Source of the DNA: Bacteroidales bacterium
GTDB taxonomy: Bacteria > Bacteroidota > Bacteroidia > Bacteroidales > VadinHA17
Length of the DNA stretch: 64,000 bases
NCBI GenBank assembly: GCA_035414025.1
Contig: DAONXX010000001.1
Location: 31,392 to 95,391, forward strand
Reading direction: 5' to 3'
The notes under the pieces are model-generated. The model was not told the origin of the DNA, ran no database searches, and saw nothing but the letters and a program-made list of their open reading frames with translations. Positions 18,998 to 29,011 of the stretch are shown here, one piece after another (position 1 is the first letter of the stretch; each line of letters begins with the position of its first letter). Both the position numbers and the translations under genes were made by a program.

Positions 18998-19399
18998 TTA
19001 CAAATCTTCAAAATGGTTTCTCCATTTATCTATTATTCTTCTTTCTTTTTTTGTAGGGCGTCCTTCCCCTTTTTTTCTGTAACCAAACGGATCAGTACGT
19101 TTGAGACTTAGTTTTTCTTTTTCGCTGTCAGGCGTAAGATCTTTCAGGTAACTCTCCACCATTTTAGCGGGGATCCTGTTTGAAAGAGGTTTGATCACCC
19201 TGTAGGAATACATTACCGGAGGCTTTCTTACGGTAATGATTTCATTTCCTTCAATATTCTTTGATGGCTTAACCGGGTTGCCGTTTACAAGTATCCTTCC
19301 CATCTTGCAGGCGCTGGTAGCCTGTCCTCTGGTTTTATAGATCCTGACTGCCCAAAGGTATTTGTCTATTCTTACAGCCTGGACAAGGTTGTCGTTCAT
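18998..19399 (-). CDS. hslR: RNA-binding S4 domain protein (Hsp15/HslR-like)
   Basis: RIDKYLWAVRIYKTRGQATSACKMGRILVNG is an S4 motif. 133 aa with a basic C-terminus. Confidence 0.8.
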   Translation of the reverse strand: MNDNLVQAVRIDKYLWAVRIYKTRGQATSACKMGRILVNGNPVKPSKNIEGNEIITVRKPPVMYSYRVIKPLSNRIPAKMVESYLKDLTPDSEKEKLSLKRTDPFGYRKKGEGRPTKKERRIIDKWRNHFEDL

Positions 19400-19414
19400 C
19401 TGGCAGGTAAAAGA

Positions 19415-20035
19415 TTATGCTGTGTTGTTTTTCTCCGGTGCTTGCTTTATCGCTTCCTTTGCCGGCACTTTACCTTCTTTATTGTATGCGGTCATTGTAA
19501 GTTCGGCGCCCACTGTGCAGAATGATTTTATCATTTCAATTACTATCCTTATCCTTTCCCGCAGGAAATCAGTTTCTTCCCTGTCCCATTTTCCCAGCAC
19601 ATAATTGACCTGTGCTCCTTTTGGGAATCCATTGCCGATGCCTATTCTGACACGCGCATATACGTTTGTTCCAAGAACTGAATTTATGTGAGCGAGTCCA
19701 TTATGGCCTCCATCACTGCCTTTGGCTCTCATCCTGATGCTTCCCAGGGGAATAGCCAGATCATCGACAATAACAAGGAGATTTTCTACAGAGACCTTTT
19801 CTTTGTTCAGCCAGTATCTTACAGCGTTTCCGCTTAAATTCATGAATGTTGATGGCTTAAGGAGGACCAGTGTCCGGCCTTTGAATTTTGTCCTTGAAAC
19901 ATAGCCATAGCGTTTATCATCAAATGAAACTCCTGCTTCTGAAGCAAATGTATCAAGAACTGTAAAACCAATGTTATGCCGGGTGTCAGAATACTCGTCA
20001 CCAATATTACCCAGGCCAACTATAAGATATTTCAT
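19415..20035 (-). CDS. pth: peptidyl-tRNA hydrolase
   Basis: MKYLIVGLGNIGDEYSDTRHNIGF and GHNGL motifs. Confidence 0.95.
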   Translation of the reverse strand: MKYLIVGLGNIGDEYSDTRHNIGFTVLDTFASEAGVSFDDKRYGYVSRTKFKGRTLVLLKPSTFMNLSGNAVRYWLNKEKVSVENLLVIVDDLAIPLGSIRMRAKGSDGGHNGLAHINSVLGTNVYARVRIGIGNGFPKGAQVNYVLGKWDREETDFLRERIRIVIEMIKSFCTVGAELTMTAYNKEGKVPAKEAIKQAPEKNNTA

Positions 20036-20059
20036 TGTGCCTGATAAATTAAAGAAGGA

Positions 20060-20692
20060 TTAAGATTTCTTTTCTTTATCCTTGTCTTCAGCAACTTCTT
20101 CTTCAGCAGTTTCTTCTTCAGCAACTTCTTCCCCTTCAGTCTTGAGAGCTACACGTGAGGAAGCAATAGAGACGACAGTTGTAACCTTCGGATCGAGTAA
20201 TTCTATATTGTCGTAGGCAAGATCACCGACTTTTATTGAATGGTTTATTTTAAGTTCGGAAATGTCAACAGCAAGATTTTCAGGGAGGTGTTCAGCAAGC
20301 CCTTTTACCTTCAGATGTCTTCTTTTTACTATCAGCTTGCCGCCTGCTTTTACCCCGGCAGAATCTCCGGTAATAGCTACAGGAATACTTATCACAATAG
20401 GCTTGTGATCGTAGGTTTTCATAAAATCCGCATGTATTATCTTGTCTGTCACAGGATGGAATTGTATATCCTGAAGGATGGCATTAATTTCCTGATCGTC
20501 AATCAGAAGTTTTACAAGGTGAGCTTCGGGAGTATAAACAAGTTTCTGAAAACTGTTCTCATGAACCTGGAAGTGCAGATTATTTTCCTTGTCATAAATA
20601 ACACAAGGCACATACCCTTCTTTTCTGATATTTTTCGAGCTTTTCTTTCCAAGGTCTTTTCTGAACGATCCCTTGATTTCTATTGTCTTCAT
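20060..20692 (-). CDS. rplY: 50S ribosomal protein L25/general stress protein Ctc
   Basis: Long Ctc form of 210 aa. GYVPCVIY and FHPV motifs, with an acidic EE-rich tail. Confidence 0.95.
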   Translation of the reverse strand: MKTIEIKGSFRKDLGKKSSKNIRKEGYVPCVIYDKENNLHFQVHENSFQKLVYTPEAHLVKLLIDDQEINAILQDIQFHPVTDKIIHADFMKTYDHKPIVISIPVAITGDSAGVKAGGKLIVKRRHLKVKGLAEHLPENLAVDISELKINHSIKVGDLAYDNIELLDPKVTTVVSIASSRVALKTEGEEVAEEETAEEEVAEDKDKEKKS

Positions 20693-20774
20693 TATTAAAG
20701 TATTATTGTGCTACTCATTCCATAAAAGTTAAACGGAACCCATTACACGTTAAATGTTAAAAAAAAACGGATTG

Positions 20775-20782
20775 CAAATATA
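20775..20782 (-). promoter_or_regulatory. candidate -7 promoter element (TATATTTG on the minus strand) for rplY-pth
   Basis: Plus-strand CAAATATA is TAnnTTTG on the minus strand. It lies 83 nt upstream of the rplY ATG. Confidence 0.35.
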
Positions 20783-20793
20783 TTACAAAGGGA

Positions 20794-21732
20794 TTAGAAT
20801 ACAAAATTTGTGCTTATGGAACTATTGTTTGTGACAGCCAGTATTGTTCTGGCGAAGATCTGAGCTATTGAAAGCACTTTTATTTTGTCTGAAGTTTTAG
20901 TTAAAGGGACGGAGTCGGTGACTACAAGTTCCTCAATAGCGGAATTATTTATTCTTTCAACAGCATTTCCCGACAGGATGGGGTGTGTGGCAAATGCCCT
21001 GATGCTTTTTGCACCCCGTTCCTTCATCATATTAGCAGCAAGCACGATGGTACCTGCTGTATCTATCATATCGTCAATTATTACGACATTCCTGCCTTCC
21101 ACTTCACCAATTATCGACATTTTTTCTACCGTATTCGGTTTTTTCCGTAGTTTATAACAGAGTACCATTTCAGCCTGAAGGTGCTGTGAATAGGCATTGG
21201 CTCTTTTGGAGCCTCCCATATCGGGAGCTGAGACTGTAAGGTCATCAAGTTTCAGGCTCTCAATGTAAGGGGCGAATATTGCTGAACCAAAAAGATGATC
21301 TACCGGGACATTAAAGAACCCCTGTATCTGGTCGGCGTGCAGATCCATTGTTATTACCCTGTCAACACCTGCCGTGCTAAGAAGATCGGCCGATAACTTT
21401 GATCCAATTGACACTCTGGGCCTGTCTTTACGGTCCTGGCGGGCAAATCCGTAATATGGTATAACTGCAATAACCTTATAGGCAGAAGCTCTCTTTGCAG
21501 CGTCTATCATAAGAAGGAGTTCAAAAAAATTATCTGCAGGTGGATTGGTAGATTGAACAATGAAAACCATATCACCTCTGACAGATTCATCAAAACAAGG
21601 TTGAAATTCACCATCGTTGAAACAGGTAACTGAACTATTCCCAAGTTCAACACCCAGTTCCTGTACTATCTTCTCTGCCAGCTGTCGTGATGACCTGCAG
21701 GAAAAGATTTTCATTGGTGCTTTACCATACAT
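20794..21732 (-). CDS. prs: ribose-phosphate pyrophosphokinase
   Basis: Motifs DLHADQIQGFF and VIIDDMIDTAGT. An alternative start at Met7 (21714) is possible. Confidence 0.95.
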   Translation of the reverse strand: MYGKAPMKIFSCRSSRQLAEKIVQELGVELGNSSVTCFNDGEFQPCFDESVRGDMVFIVQSTNPPADNFFELLLMIDAAKRASAYKVIAVIPYYGFARQDRKDRPRVSIGSKLSADLLSTAGVDRVITMDLHADQIQGFFNVPVDHLFGSAIFAPYIESLKLDDLTVSAPDMGGSKRANAYSQHLQAEMVLCYKLRKKPNTVEKMSIIGEVEGRNVVIIDDMIDTAGTIVLAANMMKERGAKSIRAFATHPILSGNAVERINNSAIEELVVTDSVPLTKTSDKIKVLSIAQIFARTILAVTNNSSISTNFVF

Positions 21733-21766
21733 AGATCTGTCTTTTGCTTAATTTATATTGTGCCTA

Positions 21767-21774
21767 CAAAATTA
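21767..21774 (-). promoter_or_regulatory. candidate -7 promoter element (TAATTTTG on the minus strand) for prs
   Basis: Plus-strand CAAAATTA, 35 nt upstream of the ATG at 21732. Confidence 0.35.
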
Positions 21775-21790
21775 AATAATCCTTAGGACA

Positions 21791-22399
21791 TCAGGAATTT
21801 TTTTTCAAATTGTTGATAGTTTCTTCTATGAAACTCAGAATCTCTTCTCTTCCAGTTCGTTTGACTGTTGATGAAATAAATGTTGCGGGCAGGGCTTCCC
21901 ATATTCCCAGCATTGTACTGTCATATTGCTGAATTGATTTTATCAGGGCCGGCCGGCTTAATTTATCACTTTTTGTGAATACCCTTGCAAAAGGGATCCT
22001 GTTTCTTCCGAGCAATTCCATGAATTCAAGGTCAGATTGCTGGGGCTCATGACGTGAATCAATAAGTACAAACAGGCACATAAGAGTTTCCCTCCTTGTT
22101 ATGTAATCCCAGGTGTTTTTCTGCCACTTTTCCCTTAACTTAATGGGGACTCTTGCATAGCCGTATCCCGGTAGATCTACAAGGTACCATTCTGAATTGA
22201 TAAGGTAGTGGTTTATAGTTCTTGTCTTACCGGGTTCGGATGATGTTCTGGCCAGCCTTGACCATCCTGTGATCATATTTATAAGTGATGATTTGCCTAC
22301 ATTTGAGCGACCTATGAAACCAAATTCAGGCAGATCGGTTTCCGGGCATTGCTCAAGTGTTTCACTGCTTTTGACAAAACTGGCTGAACGGATCAACAT
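21791..22399 (-). CDS. engB: ribosome biogenesis GTP-binding protein YihA/YsxC (EngB)
   Basis: FIGRSNVGKSSLIN G1 motif and DLPGYGYA. I prefer the ATG at 22399 (MLIRSASFVKSS...), which avoids overlapping the upstream gene. Confidence 0.9.
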   Translation of the reverse strand: MLIRSASFVKSSETLEQCPETDLPEFGFIGRSNVGKSSLINMITGWSRLARTSSEPGKTRTINHYLINSEWYLVDLPGYGYARVPIKLREKWQKNTWDYITRRETLMCLFVLIDSRHEPQQSDLEFMELLGRNRIPFARVFTKSDKLSRPALIKSIQQYDSTMLGIWEALPATFISSTVKRTGREEILSFIEETINNLKKNS

Positions 22400-22406
22400 G
22401 TCCTTG

Positions 22407-23174
22407 CTAATTGAGGTCATTATAGGGCAATTCGATCCTCTTGTATACAAGGTTTCTGTTTCCAAATGGGGTAAGCATTGAAGCTATTATTCCGACATAA
22501 TTCTGACCCGGTTTTCCTGATTTTCTGAGATCGAGCCGGGCAATGCCATCAACTTGTTTTATTGCTTTGTACATGGATGTATCATACATGTTATTAATAA
22601 ATTCACCCCTGTAAAAATCAACTCTTGTCTTTTTGTCAGACAGTTCAAGCCCGATCCTGTAGATCCCTTTTGAGTTGTATTCATCAGTAACATTGACTAC
22701 AATTTCAGGATAGTCTCTGAATAATTTGCCGTTAGAATTAAATTCTTCCAGATATGGAGTCCTCTTTCCTTTGCTGAAACCTATTTTTGCCCTTACCTGC
22801 CCTCCTCTGTAATATTGGATCTGGATACCGTCTATGGTATCCCTTTTATAGGGGGTTTCCCTGAATATCTGGCCTTCTTTGAAATAGTACCTGCCGGTGT
22901 CCTCTCTAATGTCGTTTTCATACCAGAATGTCTGGTACAATTCACCTGACTGGTAGAATGTTTTAGTAAGCCCCTGTCTGACACCATTTTTGAATGTAAC
23001 TTCTTTTACCTTCAAATTGCCGCTCATATATTGTTTGATCCCTGTATAGCCGGTGTCGGGTACTATTACAGTATCAGTTTCAACAACTGCATTTTGTTTT
23101 GAAGTTCCTCTTCCTGAGCAACCGGCGAGGATTACAATCAGGAAAACTGCAAGAGAGATCGGGAATTGTTTCAT
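22407..23174 (-). CDS. MORN-variant repeat lipoprotein (YwqK-like repeat family)
   Basis: Lipobox ILAGCS. Repeated G-x-x-x-x-Y/F-Y-x-x-G blocks (FYQSGELYQTFWYEND, YYFKEGQIFRE, YYRGGQVRAK). Confidence 0.6.
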   Translation of the reverse strand: MKQFPISLAVFLIVILAGCSGRGTSKQNAVVETDTVIVPDTGYTGIKQYMSGNLKVKEVTFKNGVRQGLTKTFYQSGELYQTFWYENDIREDTGRYYFKEGQIFRETPYKRDTIDGIQIQYYRGGQVRAKIGFSKGKRTPYLEEFNSNGKLFRDYPEIVVNVTDEYNSKGIYRIGLELSDKKTRVDFYRGEFINNMYDTSMYKAIKQVDGIARLDLRKSGKPGQNYVGIIASMLTPFGNRNLVYKRIELPYNDLN

Positions 23175-23178
23175 TGTT

Positions 23179-24183
23179 TTATGTTTTTTGGTTTCTTTTA
23201 GTTCCATTTATAAAAACTTCCAGGATCTTTGCTTCAGGTGATGGTTCAAGGATTACTTCCTTTATCATGGCAGGAAGCAGGATTGTTTCGCCTTTAAGAA
23301 CCGGTTCGGAATTGCCATTCCATCTTATCAGGAATTCACCCCCGACGCATATGAAGATAACAAATGAATCAATAAACATGTAATCCTTCCGGATGATCTG
23401 GTTAAAGTTGATAATGTTTGTAATGAAAAATTCGCAGTTTACAAGGTTTACAGTCTTGTTGACAACAGGAATTTTCTCAATTTTGTTGCTTCCCGTTGCG
23501 TTGAAATCAATGGCATCAAGAGCCAGATCAGTATGAAGCTCTCTCGGCTTGCCGTCATGCCCCACCCTGTTCCAGTCTGAGATCCTGTATGTTATATCGG
23601 AGGTCTGTTGTATCTCAACAAGTATATTGCCGGCTCCAATTGCATGTATCCTGCCTGCAGGTGTAAAAAACACATCGCCGGGCTTTGTCTTCTCAGCATT
23701 AAGGAGTCCGGCAAGTTCGCCTGAGTTAAGTGCATCAAGGTATTCCTCCCTGGAGTAAGGTTTTTTAAACCCTGTATATATTTTTGAATCAATACCGCTC
23801 TCAAGAACATACCACATCTCTGTCTTCCCATAAGCCCTGTGCCTGTCTTTTGCCATCTTGTTACCGGGATGAACCTGTATTGACAGGTCTTCTCTTGCCT
23901 CAATCAATTTTATCAGAAGAGGAAATTCATTGCCGAACTTATCAAAAATGATATCTCCGGTAAGATCTCCCATGTAGACTTCAATCAGTTCCTCTATATT
24001 ATTGCCTGAAAGGAATCCATTGCTTACAAGCGACAAGTTGTCCTTTACGGCAGATAATTCCCAGCTTTCCCCGTATATCACTGAAGGATCGGCTTTTTTG
24101 TGCAGATTATTGACAAAGTAGGTACCTCCCCATATCCTCTCTTTCAGGATACTTTCAAATTTTAGCGGGTATAATTTTGACAT
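23179..24183 (-). CDS. manA: type I phosphomannose isomerase (mannose-6-phosphate isomerase)
   Basis: MSKLYPLKFESILKERIWGG start, plus SIQVHP and EIQQTSD motifs. The ATG at 24183 is preferred; the track start at 24204 is TTG. Confidence 0.85.
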   Translation of the reverse strand: MSKLYPLKFESILKERIWGGTYFVNNLHKKADPSVIYGESWELSAVKDNLSLVSNGFLSGNNIEELIEVYMGDLTGDIIFDKFGNEFPLLIKLIEAREDLSIQVHPGNKMAKDRHRAYGKTEMWYVLESGIDSKIYTGFKKPYSREEYLDALNSGELAGLLNAEKTKPGDVFFTPAGRIHAIGAGNILVEIQQTSDITYRISDWNRVGHDGKPRELHTDLALDAIDFNATGSNKIEKIPVVNKTVNLVNCEFFITNIINFNQIIRKDYMFIDSFVIFICVGGEFLIRWNGNSEPVLKGETILLPAMIKEVILEPSPEAKILEVFINGTKRNQKT

Positions 24184-24282
24184 AATATTTACAGTGTAAG
24201 TCAAACATCATTTTGAAGGAAGCAGTTACTTGATAAATAATTGCTTTTTTTGTAACTTTAATTTATACAAATTTACAAATAA

Positions 24283-24915
24283 ATGCTTATTGTTGGAATA
24301 GCAGGAGGAACTGGTTCAGGTAAAACCACAGTTGTAAATAAATTACTGAATATGTTCCCCAATGGTGGTGAGGTGATTGTTATACCTCAGGACGCATATT
24401 ACAGGGATAACGGACATATATCGCCGGAAGAGAGGCAGAAGATTAATTTTGATCATCCTGATTCTCTTGAATTCAGTCTGCTTATTGACCACCTGGAGCA
24501 GCTGAAAAAAGGTAACGCTGTTGAAATGCCTGTTTGTTCATATCTGACCTGTCTGAGGTCTGAAGAAACAATAACAGTTAAACCGGCCACTGTTGTAATT
24601 GTGGAAGGCATACTTATTCTTGCAGACGAGGGTCTGAGAAAGATGTTCGATATAAAAGTCTTTGTTGATGCCGATGCCGATGACCGTCTTGGGAGAGTGA
24701 TTCAAAGGGATATTGCAGAAAGAGGCAGATCGCTGCAAATGGTGCTTGAACGTTATCACGATACTGTTAAACCTTCGCATCTTCAATTCATCGAACCTTC
24801 AAAAAGATATGCTGACCTAATCATTCCGCGCGGCGGAGAAAATGAAGTTGGAATAGAGGTGCTTGTTTCAATAATAGAGAAACATCTGAATAAAAAAAAC
24901 CGGAAAAATGCTTGA
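24283..24915 (+). CDS. udk: uridine kinase
   Basis: GIAGGTGSGKTT P-loop, DAYYRD, and 210 aa. Confidence 0.95.
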   Translation: MLIVGIAGGTGSGKTTVVNKLLNMFPNGGEVIVIPQDAYYRDNGHISPEERQKINFDHPDSLEFSLLIDHLEQLKKGNAVEMPVCSYLTCLRSEETITVKPATVVIVEGILILADEGLRKMFDIKVFVDADADDRLGRVIQRDIAERGRSLQMVLERYHDTVKPSHLQFIEPSKRYADLIIPRGGENEVGIEVLVSIIEKHLNKKNRKNA

Positions 24916-25636
24916 TAACATAAAGGTAGAAGACATTCTTTTTTTAGACATTGAAACTGTTCCCGAGGCTCCTTCAGTGGATCTGCTTGACCCGCTGAAG
25001 CAGAAATTGTGGGACAAGAAATCGAAGCAGTTCAGGAATCCTGATCAGTCTGCAGCGGATGTTTTCGAGAGAGCGGGAATATATTCAGAATTTGGCCGTA
25101 TAATATGCATCTCGGTGGGATTCATAAAGGAAAAAAACCCATTCAGTCTGAGGATCAAATCTTTCTACGGTGATGATGAGAAAAAAATCCTTTACGAATT
25201 CTCGGCGATGGTTACAAGGTTTTCGAAATTAAAGAGAGATGCTCAGCTTTGTGCACATAACGGGAAGGAGTTTGACTTTCCTTACATTGCAAGGCGTATG
25301 ATAATAAACCGGCTTGAGATACCCGGGATACTGAATAATGCAGGCAAGAAACCGTGGGAGATTAAACTGCTTGACACTATGGATCTGTGGAAATTCGGCG
25401 ATTATAAGAGCTATACATCACTTAGCCTGCTTACTGCCGTACTTGGAATACAGTCTCCAAAAGACGACATTGACGGGAGCATGGTTGCTGATGTTTATTA
25501 CAGGGAGAAGAATATTGAACGGATCGTCAGATATTGTGAGAAAGATGTTCTTGCAATAAGCCAGGTTCTCCTGCGATTCATGAATCTGCCTGCAATACCG
25601 GAGGACCGTGTCGAATCCGTTACTATATGGTCATAA
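24908..25636 (+). CDS. RNase H-like / PolB-exonuclease-like 3'-5' exonuclease domain protein
   Basis: FLDIETV (ExoI-like DxE), HNGKEFDFPY, and a C-terminal YCEKDV (ExoIII-like). The start overlaps the udk stop by 8 nt. Confidence 0.65.
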   Translation: MLDNIKVEDILFLDIETVPEAPSVDLLDPLKQKLWDKKSKQFRNPDQSAADVFERAGIYSEFGRIICISVGFIKEKNPFSLRIKSFYGDDEKKILYEFSAMVTRFSKLKRDAQLCAHNGKEFDFPYIARRMIINRLEIPGILNNAGKKPWEIKLLDTMDLWKFGDYKSYTSLSLLTAVLGIQSPKDDIDGSMVADVYYREKNIERIVRYCEKDVLAISQVLLRFMNLPAIPEDRVESVTIWS

Positions 25637-25672
25637 ACTCAGTTTCATGGAAAACCATGATAATGCAGCCAT

Positions 25673-26389
25673 TCAGTCGGCAAGCTGACGCTTGTACATC
25701 TGGATGGTATTTTCAAGTCCCAGATACAATGCGTCAGAGATAAGTGCATGACCAATCGATACTTCAAGTATCCAGGGGATGTTTTTATAAAAGTAATTCA
25801 GGTTGTCAAGGTTCAGATCATGCCCCGCATTAATGCCCAGTCCTAAATCTCTGCCAAATTCTGCTGCCCTGATGTAAGGTTCAATTGCTTCAGCGGCATT
25901 ACTGCTGAATCCTGAAGCGTATGGTTCAGTGTAGAGCTCAATCCTGTCAGTACCGGTTATGGCGGCATTCTCAATGTTTACAAGTTTTGTATCGACAAAG
26001 AGAGAAGTTCTTATTCCTTCCTTTTTAAAAGTTGATACAATGTCCGTAAGAAAATTTCTGTTCCTCAGGGTGTCCCATCCGGCATTGGAGGTGATAGCAT
26101 CATGTTTGTCGGGGACAAGTGTTACCTGATGCGGTTTCACTGAAAGAACAAGATCGATGAAACTATCGGATGGGTTGCCTTCAATATTGAATTCGGTTTT
26201 TATTATCGGTCTTATATCAAGAACATCTTTATATCTGATATGTCTTTCATCGGGCCGGGGATGGACAGTGATACCATCAGCGCCGTAAATCTGGCAGTTT
26301 ATTGCTGCATTCAGCACATTGGGTATATTCCCACCCCGCGCATTACGCAGGGTGGCAATTTTATTTATGTTTACACTTAGCTTTGTCAT
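25673..26389 (-). CDS. pdxJ: pyridoxine 5'-phosphate synthase
   Basis: [25 protein letters not shown], and 238 aa. Confidence 0.95.
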   Translation of the reverse strand: MTKLSVNINKIATLRNARGGNIPNVLNAAINCQIYGADGITVHPRPDERHIRYKDVLDIRPIIKTEFNIEGNPSDSFIDLVLSVKPHQVTLVPDKHDAITSNAGWDTLRNRNFLTDIVSTFKKEGIRTSLFVDTKLVNIENAAITGTDRIELYTEPYASGFSSNAAEAIEPYIRAAEFGRDLGLGINAGHDLNLDNLNYFYKNIPWILEVSIGHALISDALYLGLENTIQMYKRQLAD

Positions 26390-26562
26390 AAAATAATCCT
26401 TTCAATTTTCCGTACTGTCATGTGTAATAAAACCGTTCTCAAATTTTGGCAAGTTATAAAATGAATTTTATAATTGTTGAGTCTTAATTACATATGTGTT
26501 TCATAATGCAAAAATAATAGAACTGTCTTTTTTTTATTACTTTAGTTGAAAATTATACGGAA

Positions 26563-27228
26563 ATGGTAGCAGTTGATCTGATATCTCAGAATATTCCTCC
26601 TCTCAAGACTTCCGATACAGGCCAGACAGCATTGAACCTGATGGAGATATTCAGGATATCGCATCTGCCTATTGTAAACAATCAGGATTTTCTCGGCCTC
26701 ATCTCCGACAACGACATATACGACATGAATCAGCCGGAAGAATCTATTGGTAATCATGAGCTTACATTATTAAAGCCATTTGTGACCAGCGATCAGCACC
26801 TTTTTGAGGTTATTGGCCTTGCGTCGCGCCTGAAACTGACTGTTGTTCCTGTTCTTGACAGTAATAATCATTATAAGGGTGTTGTAACAACCCTGGATCT
26901 GATTCATCATATCGCCGGTGTATCTTCAATGGAGCAACCAGGCGGGATAATAGTACTCGAAATTACGGAAAGAGATTATTCTCTTGCCCATATTGCTCAG
27001 ATAATTGAAAGCAATAATATAAAGGTGCTGAGCATGTATATCACTTCTCCGGCAGATTCGACAAGGCTTGAGGTTACCCTGAAAGTGAACAGTACAGATC
27101 TTGCTTCAGTGCTCAGAACCTTTGAACGGTATAACTACGATTTAAAGACCTGGATAACGACTGATGATTCACTCGACCGTTTCTATTCGGAGAGATTTGA
27201 TCTGCTGATGAAATATTTAAACATGTAA
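26563..27228 (+). CDS. CBS domain pair protein with C-terminal ACT-like region
   Basis: Two CBS-like modules (ISHLPIVNNQDFLGLISDNDI and TVVPVLDSNNHYKGVVTTLDL). It lies immediately upstream of nadK, a gene order I recall from other Bacteroidota. Confidence 0.8.
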   Translation: MVAVDLISQNIPPLKTSDTGQTALNLMEIFRISHLPIVNNQDFLGLISDNDIYDMNQPEESIGNHELTLLKPFVTSDQHLFEVIGLASRLKLTVVPVLDSNNHYKGVVTTLDLIHHIAGVSSMEQPGGIIVLEITERDYSLAHIAQIIESNNIKVLSMYITSPADSTRLEVTLKVNSTDLASVLRTFERYNYDLKTWITTDDSLDRFYSERFDLLMKYLNM

Positions 27229-27234
27229 TCTGTT

Positions 27235-28110
27235 ATGCTACAAAGAGTTGCTGTTTTTGGCAAAGATGATAATGCAAAGACAAGAAATGCAGTACAAACA
27301 TTGATTTCCGAGTTCAACAGGAGAGGCATCGGGATACTGATCAATCAGAGACCGGGAGGGATCGATGCTGGCTATAAAGGAGATATAGAAGTTTTCAACG
27401 ATGTTTCATCCTTACAGAATCTTCCCGGTTTGATATTGAGTGTGGGAGGAGACGGGACTTTTCTTGAGACAGTATTGAGGGTGAAGGACCTTGGCATACC
27501 TGTGGCTGGTGTAAATACGGGCCGGATGGGATTTCTTGCAAATATACCTAACGAAGACCTGGGAAAGTCAGTTGATCAGTTGTGCAACAATGAATATGAA
27601 CTGATTAGCCGGTCGATGCTTGAGATTTCGCATCCGACGGATCTCTTTGAAGGTGAATCGGCAGTGGCTTTGAATGAGATTACAATGCAGAAATCGAACG
27701 TGAGCATGATAACTATTCATGTATATGTGGATGATGAATTTCTTAACACCTACTGGACTGACGGGTTGATAGTTTCGACTGCAACAGGATCAACTGCATA
27801 CAATCTGAGTGTTGGAGGACCAATATTATCTCCGGAAGATGAAAGTATTATTATTTCACCGATATCGCCTCATAATCTGACGATAAGACCAATAGTCCTT
27901 TCCGGCAGCAGTAAACTCAGAATGGTACTTGAGGGAAGAACGAATGAATTTCTTGCCACATGCGATTTCAGGTTCAGGAAACTGCCTATAAGCGAAAGGA
28001 TAAGCATAATAGGAAGTGCCATAAAACTAAAGACTGTAATGCTTAAGGGAAGAGGTTTTTACAGCACTTTGAGAAACAGGCTTATGTGGGGGATCGATAG
28101 AAGGAATTAA
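27235..28110 (+). CDS. nadK: NAD kinase
   Basis: GGDGTFL and STATGSTAYNLSVGGPI motifs. Confidence 0.95.
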   Translation: MLQRVAVFGKDDNAKTRNAVQTLISEFNRRGIGILINQRPGGIDAGYKGDIEVFNDVSSLQNLPGLILSVGGDGTFLETVLRVKDLGIPVAGVNTGRMGFLANIPNEDLGKSVDQLCNNEYELISRSMLEISHPTDLFEGESAVALNEITMQKSNVSMITIHVYVDDEFLNTYWTDGLIVSTATGSTAYNLSVGGPILSPEDESIIISPISPHNLTIRPIVLSGSSKLRMVLEGRTNEFLATCDFRFRKLPISERISIIGSAIKLKTVMLKGRGFYSTLRNRLMWGIDRRN

Positions 28111-28208
28111 ATTTTATTTCCGGTATTATCTTTGCCCGATAATGGATTAATATTGTTATAGTTTGTAATTTTATTCTGTATTATTACTTGCTCTAATTTT
28201 TAGATTAT

Positions 28209-28216
28209 TATATTTG
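28209..28216 (+). promoter_or_regulatory. candidate -7 promoter element TATATTTG
   Basis: Exact TAnnTTTG match 16-25 nt upstream of the ATGs at 28232 and 28241. It overlaps the track's TTG start at 28214, which argues against that start. Confidence 0.4.
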
Positions 28217-28240
28217 TATCAGCAACCAAAAATGCATATT

Positions 28241-28990
28241 ATGAAAAGGCTCCTTTTAACAATATTGCTCTTTTGCCTTGTCGTTCCATTTTCACAAGGT
28301 CAGTTATGGAGAATGAGAAGATGGGAGCTGTCGGCAGGCGCAGGGCCATCATTCTTTTTCGGAGATATCGGAGGCTATTCCAGAACGAAGAATTTCCTGG
28401 GATTCCGCGACATAACCTATCTTCAGACACGATTTGATATAAACGGTAATTTCAAATACCGGATCACCAGAGTTGCTAACCTCAGGTTAAGCATGACTTA
28501 TGCAATGCTTAATGCCACTGACGTAAGGGGATCAAATGAAAACAGAGAATACCAGTCAACAACATCTCTTTTTGAACCGGCTCTGATAGGGGAATATTAT
28601 TTTATCAAGAACAGGGCTGAAATGAGTTATCTTTTCATTAAAGGAAGAAGGAGTTTCTTTTCCCAGATATTGAGGTCTCTGGATTTTTATGCTTTTGCAG
28701 GCATAGGGGGAGCTGCTTTCAATGTTGAACCGAATGAAGCACTTCAGGCCCGTGATATGCCCACAAGCGGATTTGCTGCCGTAGTGCCTGGCGGTGTTGG
28801 AACAACACTGATCTATAATCCAAATCTCAATTTCGGACTGGAATTCGGAGGTCGGTATGCATTTTCCGATTTTCTTGATGGCTATTCTTCACCACAATTT
28901 TCCAAGGCAAATGACGTTTATTATTTTTTGAACTTTACATTAACTTATAAGTTGAAGACCGGCCCTCGTGGATGGCCGTCATTCAGATGA
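28241..28990 (+). CDS. outer-membrane beta-barrel protein (DUF6089-like)
   Basis: Signal peptide MKRLLLTILLFCLVVPFSQGQ. Alternating beta-strand pattern, FGDIGG motif, and a C-terminal aromatic-rich strand. Paralogous in layout to the next gene. Confidence 0.6.
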   Translation: MKRLLLTILLFCLVVPFSQGQLWRMRRWELSAGAGPSFFFGDIGGYSRTKNFLGFRDITYLQTRFDINGNFKYRITRVANLRLSMTYAMLNATDVRGSNENREYQSTTSLFEPALIGEYYFIKNRAEMSYLFIKGRRSFFSQILRSLDFYAFAGIGGAAFNVEPNEALQARDMPTSGFAAVVPGGVGTTLIYNPNLNFGLEFGGRYAFSDFLDGYSSPQFSKANDVYYFLNFTLTYKLKTGPRGWPSFR

Positions 28991-29011
28991 TAATAAACGG
29001 ATTGTGTTTTA

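Noticed and set aside
20063-20140. Tandem ~21-nt repeats (GCAACTTCTTCTTCAGCAGTTTCTTCTTCAGCAACTTCTTC) at the 3' end of rplY.
   Set aside because: They encode the acidic EEVAEEETAEEEVAED tail. This is ordinary low-complexity extension of Ctc-type L25, not an independent repeat element.
25645-25660. A TCATGG-AAAA-CCATGA hairpin between the convergent exonuclease and pdxJ genes, considered as a bidirectional terminator.
   Set aside because: It is only a 6-bp stem with no flanking T or A runs. It is too weak to annotate.
26454-26473. A 20-bp palindrome, TTATAAAAT-GA-ATTTTATAA, between pdxJ and the CBS/nadK unit.
   Set aside because: It is composed entirely of A/T apart from the spacer. Such dyads arise readily by chance in AT-rich spacers, so the information content is low.
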